DNA from: Actinomycetota bacterium
GTDB lineage: Bacteria; Actinomycetota; Actinomycetes; S36-B12
DNA length: 64,000 bases
Assembly (NCBI GenBank): GCA_947449035.1
Contig: CANFQC010000007.1
Span: 475-64,474, forward strand
Direction of reading: 5' to 3'
In this document: positions 49,797-58,927 of the stretch, in pieces
Position numbering within the stretch: the stretch's first letter is position 1
Layout of the letters: each line of letters starts with the position of its first letter
Notes under the pieces: generated by a model
What the model was told of the DNA's origin: nothing
Seen by the model: the letters and a program-made list of their open reading frames with translations, nothing else
The model's database searches: none
Made by a program: the position numbers and the translations under genes

Positions 49797-51260
49797 CTAG
49801 TGGATGGCCGCTCCGAGGGCGGTCGCGATGGCCTCGCCCATCACGTCGAGGCCCTTGGGATTGGGATGAAAAGCCGCTGCAGCGAGCGGGCCGAGGCTGA
49901 TCAGGCCAAAGGTCCAGGCCTGATTGCCGGCGCAGACACCGTGGCCGACGGAGGAATTTCCGCTGGCGCCCCAGGTGCCCGAGATGTCTGACCAGCCCAG
50001 GGACCCGTGAGTGGCAGCGATCTGGCTGTTGAGGGTGCCTGAGGTCAACGCCATGGGAACGGCGGTCCCCGCGGTCGTCACGTAGGAATACGGCGACTGC
50101 GGGTCAGGGACGAGCAAGGTGGCTCGTGCCCAGGCGAAGTCGGACGGACCCATGGTCAGGTAACTGCAGGCTGAACCATCTGCGGCTCGGGTGATGTCGG
50201 GATACATCGTCGGGAAGATCGGAGTGCCCGGCGCGAGGCTGGCGAGTGCAGCATTCACTGCGGCGTACTTCGCGGGCAAGGTCGCCAGGTTCGCCTGGGC
50301 GCCGGCCTGGGTGGTCGGGTAACCCTTCAGAGGGGGAGTCGATGAAGGCTTGATCGGGCAGTCGGCCTGCGTGGCGCAGGCCTGAAGGATCGCGCCGAAG
50401 CCGATGTCATTACCGCCGACTGAAAGGGTGATGGCATCAATGCGATGACCCGCCGCAATGGCACGCACTTGCTCGACCTGGCTTGTCGACCGACCGGCGC
50501 GGGTCTGCGGACCCAGGATGCCGGCACCGATGGTCGCGCCGCTGCAACTGACGTCAATTAACGTGACGCTGGAATGCGGTGAGGACTTCTCGAGCGCGAG
50601 CGCCGCACGAGCCGGCGCACTATGCGTGCTGCGGGCGCACGAGGTGTCGTCCCAGTAGGGAGTGAAGGCGGTGAAGAGCCCGGCCTGTTGGAGGTAGGCG
50701 TCGATATTGCGCGGGTTGCCCTCGCCGGAAGCGTAGGAATCACCCATGGAGACGAGCACGTAATTTCGCACGCTGCCGCGCAGGATGCGGTGAGAGGTCG
50801 ATCGGCCCGACTTCACAGCGAGATCGAAGGTGTATGTGCCCTCAGGAAGTGAGATGTTCGATGTGCACTTCTTGATGGGCTTCGAGGGAGTTCGCACAGT
50901 CGTCGCACCTGCAACGGTCCAGATGTATGAGTCACCCTTCGATCCACACGCATCGAGCGTGACCGTGAAGGTATTTCCCAGGTACCAGGAGAGTGAGCCG
51001 TTGATGAGCCGCTCATTCGGCTGAGCGACGTGATTTCCGGCACCGATGATCGTCGTCGACGGGCTGAGACTGAGAGCGCCGCGAGCCGGTACCCCGCCGT
51101 CACCGTCGATGAAGCCGTCGCCATTCGCATCTTTGCTCTGCGGAGCCATCGCCCAGCTGCCCTTGGCGACCGGTCCACCGGCGGCCTGCGCCGGAATGGC
51201 GGTGCCAAACGCGGCCAGGACAAGGCAGGCGGCCACGGCGATCGGAATCCTGCGAGGCAT
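49797..51260 (-). CDS. Secreted SGNH/GDSL-family hydrolase with an N-terminal Ca-binding-like / Ig-like region
   Basis: Signal peptide; DANGDGFIDGDGG; block I VLVSMGDSYASGEGN; later blocks LSVGGNDIGF and a C-terminal HPNPKG. Start re-picked at Met 51260. Confidence 0.75.
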   Translation of the reverse strand: MPRRIPIAVAACLVLAAFGTAIPAQAAGGPVAKGSWAMAPQSKDANGDGFIDGDGGVPARGALSLSPSTTIIGAGNHVAQPNERLINGSLSWYLGNTFTVTLDACGSKGDSYIWTVAGATTVRTPSKPIKKCTSNISLPEGTYTFDLAVKSGRSTSHRILRGSVRNYVLVSMGDSYASGEGNPRNIDAYLQQAGLFTAFTPYWDDTSCARSTHSAPARAALALEKSSPHSSVTLIDVSCSGATIGAGILGPQTRAGRSTSQVEQVRAIAAGHRIDAITLSVGGNDIGFGAILQACATQADCPIKPSSTPPLKGYPTTQAGAQANLATLPAKYAAVNAALASLAPGTPIFPTMYPDITRAADGSACSYLTMGPSDFAWARATLLVPDPQSPYSYVTTAGTAVPMALTSGTLNSQIAATHGSLGWSDISGTWGASGNSSVGHGVCAGNQAWTFGLISLGPLAAAAFHPNPKGLDVMGEAIATALGAAIH

Positions 51261-51288
51261 GCGCCCACCGTACGCGACCGCTTCTACG

Positions 51289-52371
51289 ATGGCTCTCATG
51301 CGCAGGACTGCTATTGCTGCGGCAGTCGTGGTCGTGCTCATCGCGGGTGCCCTCACGTTTGTGCTGACCGGCTCAAGAAGCCAAGAGCACACCCCCGAAG
51401 TTTCGGCCTTGGAGAGCGCAGCGCCTACGGCCAGTCACGAGTCCTCCATGGTGATGGCCACCCCCGCCTCCACTCCTCTTGCCGAGGTCCATGACCTCTA
51501 CACGGATGTCAGGGACGAATTGCTCGCGGTTCAACGCGACCAGGGCTCTGCGGCGGCCCTCGAGGAACTCGACACACGTTCGCGTGCGGATGAGAAGTTG
51601 GGTGGGGTCTGCCATGCAATTGCTCACGACCTCGGGCATCAGGCGTTGGAGCTCGCCGGTGGAAAGCCGGGCAAGGCCCTAACGGTGCGCAATGACGTGT
51701 GCGGGGGAGGCTTCACCCACGGCGTGATTGAGGATGCGCTCGCGACTTCGAAGGATCCGGGGCGTGACTTATTGAAGATCTGCGCTCCGAAGCAGGACGG
51801 CTCGTGCTACCACGGCGTTGGTCATGGAGTGATGTTCGCAACCGGTCTCGACGTCGCGAAATCACTGGGCTTGTGCGATCTCGCACCAAACAAAATCCTC
51901 TCGGTGCGCTGCGGCGAGGGCGTGTTCATGCAGTTGTTCAGTGCTGACGTGGCCGGCGGTCATGCCGCCGATAAGGGTGCAAGTGCGGAGACTGTCGACA
52001 CCGCCAGTGCTATGTGCGCGGCCATCCGCATGCCCTACGCCGGTTCCTGCTGGTTCTACACGCCCACACTCTGGCTTTCCGATCGTCCCGATGATTTCGC
52101 CGGTGCGATGCAGTGGTGCTCTGACGCACCGTCGACCTTCGGGCAGCAGTTGTGCGCCAAGGGTGTGGGCAGTCGTACCATCAAGTACCACCCGAATGAT
52201 CCGACGATCGGCGCACGTGTGTGTGCCGCTGCAGGAGAACTCCTGGACTCCTGTCTCGCGGGCATGGGTTCGTACTGGTCGGTGCACCACAAGGGTCAGG
52301 TGTCGGCGAGTGACGTGTGCGGCCGACTTGGAAGCGCGAAGCTGGAGCGCCGCTGCCAGCAGGTCACCTAG
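51289..52371 (+). CDS. Membrane-anchored Cys/His-rich repeat protein, function unknown
   Basis: One N-terminal TM segment, then 16 Cys arranged in degenerate repeats (CHAIAHDLGH, CGGGFTHGV, CYHGVGHGV, CGEGVF, CAKGVG, CLAGMG). I recognise no family. Confidence 0.5.
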   Translation: MALMRRTAIAAAVVVVLIAGALTFVLTGSRSQEHTPEVSALESAAPTASHESSMVMATPASTPLAEVHDLYTDVRDELLAVQRDQGSAAALEELDTRSRADEKLGGVCHAIAHDLGHQALELAGGKPGKALTVRNDVCGGGFTHGVIEDALATSKDPGRDLLKICAPKQDGSCYHGVGHGVMFATGLDVAKSLGLCDLAPNKILSVRCGEGVFMQLFSADVAGGHAADKGASAETVDTASAMCAAIRMPYAGSCWFYTPTLWLSDRPDDFAGAMQWCSDAPSTFGQQLCAKGVGSRTIKYHPNDPTIGARVCAAAGELLDSCLAGMGSYWSVHHKGQVSASDVCGRLGSAKLERRCQQVT

Positions 52372-52380
52372 TCGGGTGAG

Positions 52381-52569
52381 TCAGTCGCAGGCTTCGTAGT
52401 CGAAGGGGCAGTGCCGGCACCGATTGCCGCAGCAGGCGCCACGGTGCAGGTGGTAAGCCTCGGTCATCACGAATAAGCCAGTACGCGGATCGAAGTACCC
52501 GTCGTCTTCCCGTGCCATAGCCTGGGCGTGAGCGATGGCAATGGCCTCGCTCTCGGACGTCGTACTCAT
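52381..52569 (-). CDS. DUF5522-like small cysteine-rich protein
   Basis: The C-terminal HLHRGACCGNRCRHCPF pattern is typical of DUF5522. The start could be the internal Met at 52518. Confidence 0.6.
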   Translation of the reverse strand: MSTTSESEAIAIAHAQAMAREDDGYFDPRTGLFVMTEAYHLHRGACCGNRCRHCPFDYEACD

Positions 52570-52583
52570 GGAGAGAGTCTGGC

Positions 52584-53363
52584 ATGTGGGATTTCAGTGG
52601 GCGTCGCGTAGTCGTGACAGGTGCGGGCAGTGCGATCGGGATCGGATTTGAGTCGGCCCGGGTTCTGGCGGAGCTGGGTGCCTCCGTCGCGCTGCTTGGA
52701 CTGAGCGAACGAGTGCTCGATCGCGCCAACGAGCTCAACGACATGGGTTTCGACGCGATTGCTGCGCGCTGCGATCTCACTGATCCGCTGGCGACAGCAG
52801 AAGTCTTCGACATGGCGGCCGACGAACTCGGCGGCATCGATGTGCTCGTGAACAACGCAGGCATGACCAGCCATGACAACCCGGCTGTTGCGGAGATGGG
52901 CGGCGTTGCCGAGATCAGTTTTGAGGGTTGGCAGGGAGCCATCGCTCGCAATCTCGACACTGCATTCCTGGCCACGAAAGCCGCGCTCCCTCACCTGCGA
53001 GCATCCGGAAGCGGCCGCATCATCATGATCTCGAGCATCACGGGTCCACATATGGCCATGCGCAATCTCGTCGCCTATGCGGCAGGCAAGGGCGGTATGA
53101 ACGGGCTGATGAAGGGCCTGGCTCTGGATGAAGCGCTCAATGGCATCACGTGCAACGCCGTTGCACCGGGCTGGATTCACACCGAAGCGTTGACGGGGCC
53201 CGAATACGAACAGGGATTCACGGTGCCCATGGGGCGCCCGGCACGGCCCGAAGAAGTCGCGTCAGCTGTCGCCTGGCTGGCTTCACCCGGTGCTTCGTAC
53301 ATCACGGGTCAATCGATCGTGGTTGATGGAGGTAACTCCATCGCCGAAGAGCGTGCACTGTAG
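52584..53363 (+). CDS. SDR-family oxidoreductase (FabG-like)
   Basis: VVVTGAGSAIGIG cofactor motif, NNAG, and the catalytic S...YAAGK pattern. Confidence 0.88.
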   Translation: MWDFSGRRVVVTGAGSAIGIGFESARVLAELGASVALLGLSERVLDRANELNDMGFDAIAARCDLTDPLATAEVFDMAADELGGIDVLVNNAGMTSHDNPAVAEMGGVAEISFEGWQGAIARNLDTAFLATKAALPHLRASGSGRIIMISSITGPHMAMRNLVAYAAGKGGMNGLMKGLALDEALNGITCNAVAPGWIHTEALTGPEYEQGFTVPMGRPARPEEVASAVAWLASPGASYITGQSIVVDGGNSIAEERAL

Positions 53364-53372
53364 GTTTTCCGC

Positions 53373-53771
53373 ATGGGTGCAGACAAGCTGATTTCAAGTG
53401 GCAGTCCGTGGGAGAGCAAGATCGGCTACTCCCGTGGAGTGGTGGCAGGCGATTACGTACATGTCTCCGGCACGACGGCAACGATCGACGGAGTGGTGCA
53501 GCATCCGGGCGATGCCTACAACCAGACCCTGACTGCTCTCGGCGTGATCGAGAAGGCCATTGCCCAGGTTGGCGTCACCCTCGCTGATGTGGTGCGCACT
53601 CGCTGCTATGTGTCGAGCGCCGAAGCGATGGACGATGTCGCACGTGCCCATGGCGAGATCTTCGGCGAGATCCGTCCGGCTCTCACGATTTTGTCCGGTG
53701 TCGCCTTCGTTGACCCGGCGATGCTCGTCGAGATCGAAGCCGACTGCTACTCGCGCGATATCCGCAAGTAG
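53373..53771 (+). CDS. RidA/YjgF-family protein
   Basis: YSRGVVAGDYVHVSGT...RTRCYV...PALTIL...VEIEA pattern, 132 aa. Confidence 0.85.
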   Translation: MGADKLISSGSPWESKIGYSRGVVAGDYVHVSGTTATIDGVVQHPGDAYNQTLTALGVIEKAIAQVGVTLADVVRTRCYVSSAEAMDDVARAHGEIFGEIRPALTILSGVAFVDPAMLVEIEADCYSRDIRK

Positions 53772-53776
53772 CTCGC

Positions 53777-54469
53777 TCAGATCGAGAAGTCGTCCTCGGT
53801 CTGCCACACGCCATCGGTGCTGATGTAGGAGTTCGACGTCGTGAGGTGACCTGTCACCTGCATCTCGAGTTCCTCCACGCGTCGCAGCAGTGACTTCACG
53901 CTCGTGCCGACGGGATCCGGAAGATCGGCATCCTCGCCTGTCGGACGAATTCGCCCGCGTGAATCGGCAATGACCTGACCCGGAACGCCGACCACGACTG
54001 AATGATCCGCAACTGAGCGCAGCAGCACTGCGTTTGCGCCGATGCGACTGTCGGAGCCGACGTAGATATCGCCGAGCACCTTCGCGCCACTTCCGACCAC
54101 GATGCGATCACCGATTGTGGGGTGACGCTTGCCGGGATCCAGGGTGTTACCACCCAAAGTTGCTCCGTGATAGATCGTGACATCGTCACCGATCACGGTG
54201 GTCTCGCCGATAACAACGCCGGATCCATGATCGATGAACAGGCGTGCGCCCAAGGTGGCGCCGGGGTGGATCTCGATCTGCGTCAAGAACCGAGTGAACT
54301 GCGAGACGGCACGTCCGAGGAACTTCATGTGATGGCGCCACAGCCAACTGCTGAAACGATGGCCCCATACGGCATGAATGCCCGGGTAGAGAAGTGCTAC
54401 CTCAATGCGATTACGTGCTGCCGGATCGCGTTCGACGATCGAGGCAAGCTCATCGCCGATGCGACCCAT
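53777..54469 (-). CDS. cysE: Serine O-acetyltransferase
   Basis: DPAARN, GIEIHPGATLG, IDHGSGVVIGETTVIGDDVTIYHGATLGG hexapeptide repeats, and a C-terminal extension ending DDFSI. Confidence 0.9.
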   Translation of the reverse strand: MGRIGDELASIVERDPAARNRIEVALLYPGIHAVWGHRFSSWLWRHHMKFLGRAVSQFTRFLTQIEIHPGATLGARLFIDHGSGVVIGETTVIGDDVTIYHGATLGGNTLDPGKRHPTIGDRIVVGSGAKVLGDIYVGSDSRIGANAVLLRSVADHSVVVGVPGQVIADSRGRIRPTGEDADLPDPVGTSVKSLLRRVEELEMQVTGHLTTSNSYISTDGVWQTEDDFSI

Positions 54470-54491
54470 GAGTGTCTCCGTATATCGGTGA

Positions 54492-55424
54492 CTAGTCGCC
54501 GAGGCCGGCGAAGAGCGCGGTGGAGAGATAGCGCTCGCCGAAGCTCGGAATGATCACGACGATGGTCTTGCCGGCGTTCTCGGGGCGCTGGGCGACCTCG
54601 CGTGCTGCCCAGAGCGCTGCACCGGACGAGATGCCGATCAGTAGGCCTTCCTCGGTCGCCGCGCGGCGGGCCGTAGCCATCGCATCGTCAGCGACGACTC
54701 GGATGACCTCGTCGTACACATGGGTGTCGAGGACTGCAGGGACGAAGCCTGCACCGATGCCCTGGAGGGGGTGCGGCCCCTTGGCGCCACCGGAGAGCAC
54801 CGGCGAGGCGTCAGGCTCGACAGCGACGATCTGGATAGAGGGCTTGAGCTCCTTGAGCGCCTGGCCGACACCGGTGATGGTGCCGCCGGTGCCCACGCCG
54901 GCAACGACGATGTCGACGGTGCCGTCGGTGTCGTTCCAGATCTCCTGGGCCGTGGTCTTGCGATGGATTGCCGGGTTCGCGAGATTGTTGAATTGCTGCG
55001 GCATGAAGTACTTCGGATCGCTTGCTGCGAGTTCGGTTGCTCGCGCGATCGCGCCACCCATGCCCTCAGGACCGGGAGTCAAGATCAGCTCGGCGCCGTA
55101 GCCGCGCAGCAGCATGCGACGCTCGATGCTCATGGTCTCGGGCATTGTCAGCACGATCTTGATGCCGCGGGCGGCGCAGACCATGGCGAGCGCAATACCG
55201 GTGTTGCCGCTGGTCGGCTCCACGACGATCGTGTCGGGGCCAATCAGGCCGGCTTCCTGTGCGGCATCGATCATCGCGACGCCGATGCGGTCCTTGACGC
55301 TATTGCCCGGATTGAAGAACTCGAGCTTTGCCAGGACCTCGGCGCCAGCACCGTCGGTGACCTTCCGGATGCGGACGAGGGGGGTGTTGCCGACCAGTTC
55401 GGTGATGTCATTGGCGATACGCAT
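54492..55424 (-). CDS. cysK: Cysteine synthase A (O-acetylserine sulfhydrylase)
   Basis: [12 protein letters not shown] lysine, [11 protein letters not shown] and GTGGTITG. Confidence 0.93.
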   Translation of the reverse strand: MRIANDITELVGNTPLVRIRKVTDGAGAEVLAKLEFFNPGNSVKDRIGVAMIDAAQEAGLIGPDTIVVEPTSGNTGIALAMVCAARGIKIVLTMPETMSIERRMLLRGYGAELILTPGPEGMGGAIARATELAASDPKYFMPQQFNNLANPAIHRKTTAQEIWNDTDGTVDIVVAGVGTGGTITGVGQALKELKPSIQIVAVEPDASPVLSGGAKGPHPLQGIGAGFVPAVLDTHVYDEVIRVVADDAMATARRAATEEGLLIGISSGAALWAAREVAQRPENAGKTIVVIIPSFGERYLSTALFAGLGD

Positions 55425-55533
55425 GAGTCGACTCTATAGGCGATTTCACGTACGTCCAGGGAGGCGAATGTCACCTGCAAGGGCTTTGCAGCAAAGACTC
55501 GGCCCCCGTGCAGGAGCACGAGGGCCGAGGAGC

Positions 55534-55609
55534 TGGGGTGACCGACGGGATTCGAACCCGCGACATTCGCGACCACAACGCGACGCTCTACCGCTGAACT
55601 ACGGTCACC
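55534..55609 (-). tRNA. tRNA-His (anticodon GUG) with encoded G-1 and CCA
   Basis: Hand-folded: G-1 plus acceptor GTGACCG/CGGTCAC, anticodon stem TCGCG/CGCGA with loop TTGTGGT, T-arm GCGGG-TTCGAAT-CCCGT, and 3-prime C-CCA. Confidence 0.9.
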
Positions 55610-55658
55610 ATGAAGCCCCCGAAGACTACAGGAGGGCGAGCGGTGGGATTTCCGGGCC

Positions 55659-56258
55659 TCAGGAACCGTGCTCGGCGCCCAGGGCGCGAGCGGCATCTGT
55701 GTCGGGTCCGGGCTGAGCCACAAACACGGCATCTCGGTAGAAGCGCAGCTCGCTGATCGAATCGCGAATATCGCCCAGTGCCCGATGGTTCCCCTTCTTT
55801 TCAGGCGAAGCGAAGTACACCCGCGGATACCAGCGGCGAGTGAGTTCCTTGATGCTGGACACATCGACGAGGCGGTAGTGCAGATGCGCATCGAGATCGG
55901 GCATGTAGTTGGCCAGGAAGCCACGGTCGACGTAGACGCTCGAGCCGGCGAGAGGCGCCTTGCGTGCCTCGGGCACGTGAGCCTTCACATAGTCAAGTAC
56001 CTGCTGCTCGGCGTCGGCCAACGCAATGCCAAGCGGGATCTCCTCAATAAGCCCGGAGACCGTGTGCATGTTCACGACGAAGTCGTCCATGCCCGCGAAT
56101 GACTCCTCACCGGGCTTCACGACGAGCGTGATGCCCTCGTCGAGTTCATTGAGCTCGGCATCGGTGACGATGCAGGCGATCTCGACGATCTCGTCGAACT
56201 TCGGATCGAGCCCGGTCATCTCACAGTCGATCCATACGAGTCGGTCAGCACTGGCCAT
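55659..56258 (-). CDS. orn: Oligoribonuclease
   Basis: LVWIDCEMTGLD DEDD exonuclease motif I, then HRALGDIRDSI motif III. Confidence 0.9.
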   Translation of the reverse strand: MASADRLVWIDCEMTGLDPKFDEIVEIACIVTDAELNELDEGITLVVKPGEESFAGMDDFVVNMHTVSGLIEEIPLGIALADAEQQVLDYVKAHVPEARKAPLAGSSVYVDRGFLANYMPDLDAHLHYRLVDVSSIKELTRRWYPRVYFASPEKKGNHRALGDIRDSISELRFYRDAVFVAQPGPDTDAARALGAEHGS

Positions 56259-56300
56259 ACGGAAAGCCTAGGGGCATCGATGTGGGGAGTCTGCGGTGGT

Positions 56301-56699
56301 TCAGGCGGCGAGCAGCCAGCGCACGAGATCAGTCTCGGTCACGACGCCCACCAGCTTGTGTCGGGAGTCGAGTACCGCGATCGCTTCGAGCGATCGCTCC
56401 GACATCAGTCGGGCTGCCTCGATTGGCGAGGCTTCGGGAGTTAAGCGCACGGAGAGGATCGTGCTCAAGAGCTCGCCAACTGTTCGAGCACTGAGTGAAT
56501 CAGTGTTCAGCGGCGCGTTCGCGAGGATCATTCGATCGCTGAGGATCCCGACGAATGCTCCGTCGGCGTCGATCACGGCGATGTGGCGCAGGCCCGACAC
56601 GAGGAGCATCTGCCAGGCGTCCCAGAGGGATTCGCCAACCTCGATGGTGAGTACCGGTGCCGACATCACCTCGCCGAGGGTGACTTCGGGTATGGCCAT
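56301..56699 (-). CDS. CBS-pair domain protein
   Basis: Two CBS repeats (VMSAPVLTI...GLRHIAVID and ...EAIAVLD...LVGVVTETDLV), 132 aa. Confidence 0.8.
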   Translation of the reverse strand: MAIPEVTLGEVMSAPVLTIEVGESLWDAWQMLLVSGLRHIAVIDADGAFVGILSDRMILANAPLNTDSLSARTVGELLSTILSVRLTPEASPIEAARLMSERSLEAIAVLDSRHKLVGVVTETDLVRWLLAA

Positions 56700-56766
56700 A
56701 TGACCATCATGGGCGGGCGAAGTTCGGTGTGGCAGGGGATCAGGGCCTTCGTGGATAGGACCTAGG

Positions 56767-57138
56767 TCATGACCTGGAGAGAAGCCCCACGATCGTGACC
56801 ACGAGGAGAAGGAGTAGCACCGCGGCGGGAAGCGCCTGCGAGACCTCTCGAAGCCGAATGTGGGTGTAGATCGCGAACACCATGGTCACAGCGAGGCCGA
56901 TCGCAGCAAGGGTGGTGAGCCAGGGCATGATCCCGGTTAGTGCCGGGAGAACGAGACCGATGCCGCCGAGCAACTCGACTAGACCAATGACCTTGATGCC
57001 GCGCTGGGTGACACCTCGTGCCCATTCCATGCGCTCGACAAGTCGATCCTTGGGGCTGCTGAGCTTCATCAGGCCGGCACCGATGAAGGCGATAGCAAGC
57101 AGGAACTGCAGGACCCAGGTCAAGATGCCCACGTTCAT
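56767..57138 (-). CDS. DoxX-family membrane protein
   Basis: Four TM segments with an N-terminal LQFLLAIAFIGAGLMKL and an ELLGGIGLVLP pattern. Confidence 0.78.
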   Translation of the reverse strand: MNVGILTWVLQFLLAIAFIGAGLMKLSSPKDRLVERMEWARGVTQRGIKVIGLVELLGGIGLVLPALTGIMPWLTTLAAIGLAVTMVFAIYTHIRLREVSQALPAAVLLLLLVVTIVGLLSRS

Positions 57139-57203
57139 CCCCTCCGGCTGCTTCGCACGTCGATCTGCGCGTCTGTCGTGAAATTAGCAGATAGCCTCGG
57201 GCT

Positions 57204-57917
57204 GTGGCCGACTTCGTGTATCCCCCCGTTGTCTTCGCGGCGAAGTCCGTTTTCAAGGGGCTGGGCATCAAGTTCGTCATCGAAGGTGCGGAGAACCTGC
57301 CCCGCGACGGCGGTGTCGTGCTGGCCATCAATCACACGAGTTACCTCGACTTCGCACTCGGCGGCATCCCCGCGGAGCGCATCGGTCGCCATGTGCGCTT
57401 TATGGCCAAGGACGGAATCTTCAAGCACAAGATTGCTGGTCCGCTCATGCGCGGGATGAAGCACATCCCGGTTGATCGCGAAGCCGGATCGCAGTCCTTC
57501 CGTGATGCCGTGGGCGCGCTCAAGGCCGGCGAGATTGTCGGGGTGTTTCCCGAAGCCACGATGAGCAAGTCATTCGAGATCAAGGAATTCAAGAACGGCG
57601 CCGTCCGCATGGCGATGAGCGCGAAGGCGCCGATCGTGCCCATGATCATCTACGGCGGTCAGCGGATCATCTACTACGGCCACAAGGACCTCACTAGAGG
57701 TCGCACGGTATGCCTGACTATTGGCGAGCCGATGTACCCCGAGCGCGGTCAGGATGCCGATGCGCTCACCGTCGAGCTTCGATCTCGCATGCAGGTACTT
57801 CTCGATCAGACCCTGGATCGGTACCCGGCGCCGCTGCCAGGCGAAGACGCCTGGTGGTTGCCGAAGCGTCGGGGTGGAACTGCTCCCGAATTCGTGCCTG
57901 AGGTTCCCGAAAGTTAG
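57204..57917 (+). CDS. 1-acyl-sn-glycerol-3-phosphate acyltransferase family protein
   Basis: NHTSYLDF (HX4D) and FPEAT (block III) motifs. GTG start. Confidence 0.85.
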   Translation: MADFVYPPVVFAAKSVFKGLGIKFVIEGAENLPRDGGVVLAINHTSYLDFALGGIPAERIGRHVRFMAKDGIFKHKIAGPLMRGMKHIPVDREAGSQSFRDAVGALKAGEIVGVFPEATMSKSFEIKEFKNGAVRMAMSAKAPIVPMIIYGGQRIIYYGHKDLTRGRTVCLTIGEPMYPERGQDADALTVELRSRMQVLLDQTLDRYPAPLPGEDAWWLPKRRGGTAPEFVPEVPES

Positions 57918-58790
57918 TCAGCGCGGAAGTCGAGTGCGTAGCAGTGATTCCTGCACCACCGAAGCCACCAGGATTCCGTTGAGGTCATAGAACAGGCCTC
58001 GAGCCAGACCGTGACCGCCGCGTGCGACAGGCGTGTCTTGTGCGAAGAGCATCCATTGATTCGTATTGATCGGTGCGTGAAACCACACCGCATGATCGAT
58101 TGAGGCCAGCATGAGATCCTGCGCCGCTTCCTTGCCACCGTGCGGGCCGAGCGCCGTGCTCACCATCGTGAGGTCGGAGAGATAGGTGAGAGCCGAGGCC
58201 TGAATGAGTTGCTCGTGGGGGAGTTCGCTCGGAATGCGCACCCATGACATTCCCTCATAGCGACCATCGCGCAGGGGAACGGTCTTGTCAGGATCGATGA
58301 TGCGCAGCTCGAAGCCTTGGCTCTCGAGGCTATGCCAGCCGGTCTCGTCCTCGTTCAGGTCAACGTGACGAGGGAGCAAGATCGCGGCGACGTCATCTGG
58401 AAGTGGAGCGGCGGGCTCGGCGAATTGATGCATGGGGCCTTGTTCGACCAACGCGAACGACGCAGTCATCATGAAGATGGTCTCGCCATGCTGCACGGCA
58501 CGCACTATGCGTGTCGAGAATGATCGGCCATCGCGCGGACGTTCGACGAGGTACGTGATCTGGTCGGAGGAGCGGCCCGGACGCAGGAAGTAGCCGTGCA
58601 GGGAGTGCACCTGACGCTCGTCGCCCTCGACAGTTGCACCGGCCGCCATCAATGACTGCGCGGCGATCTGGCCGCCATAGGCGCGTAGGGGAGAGCCCGC
58701 GTGGCACTGGCCAGTGAAGATGTCGCGATCGACCTGGGTCAGGTCGAGGCGACTGAGGAATGACTCGTTGTCCTGGGGGCTCACCTTCAT
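57918..58790 (-). CDS. tesB: Acyl-CoA thioesterase II
   Basis: Double hot-dog pattern (YGGQIAAQSL, SLHGYFLRPG ...). Start re-picked at Met 58790. The stop abuts the stop of the convergent acyltransferase gene. Confidence 0.85.
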   Translation of the reverse strand: MKVSPQDNESFLSRLDLTQVDRDIFTGQCHAGSPLRAYGGQIAAQSLMAAGATVEGDERQVHSLHGYFLRPGRSSDQITYLVERPRDGRSFSTRIVRAVQHGETIFMMTASFALVEQGPMHQFAEPAAPLPDDVAAILLPRHVDLNEDETGWHSLESQGFELRIIDPDKTVPLRDGRYEGMSWVRIPSELPHEQLIQASALTYLSDLTMVSTALGPHGGKEAAQDLMLASIDHAVWFHAPINTNQWMLFAQDTPVARGGHGLARGLFYDLNGILVASVVQESLLRTRLPR

Positions 58791-58927
58791 ATTGTCTCCA
58801 AAGTCGAGGGGCTGTGGGTGGATCGCCCCTACGTCGGGCACGGGAATCTTCGAGGATTTCCCGTGCGGAGTCAGGGGGAGTGTGTGACGATTCGCGGATT
58901 CGCAGTACTTATGCCCAAGGAGTGCAG

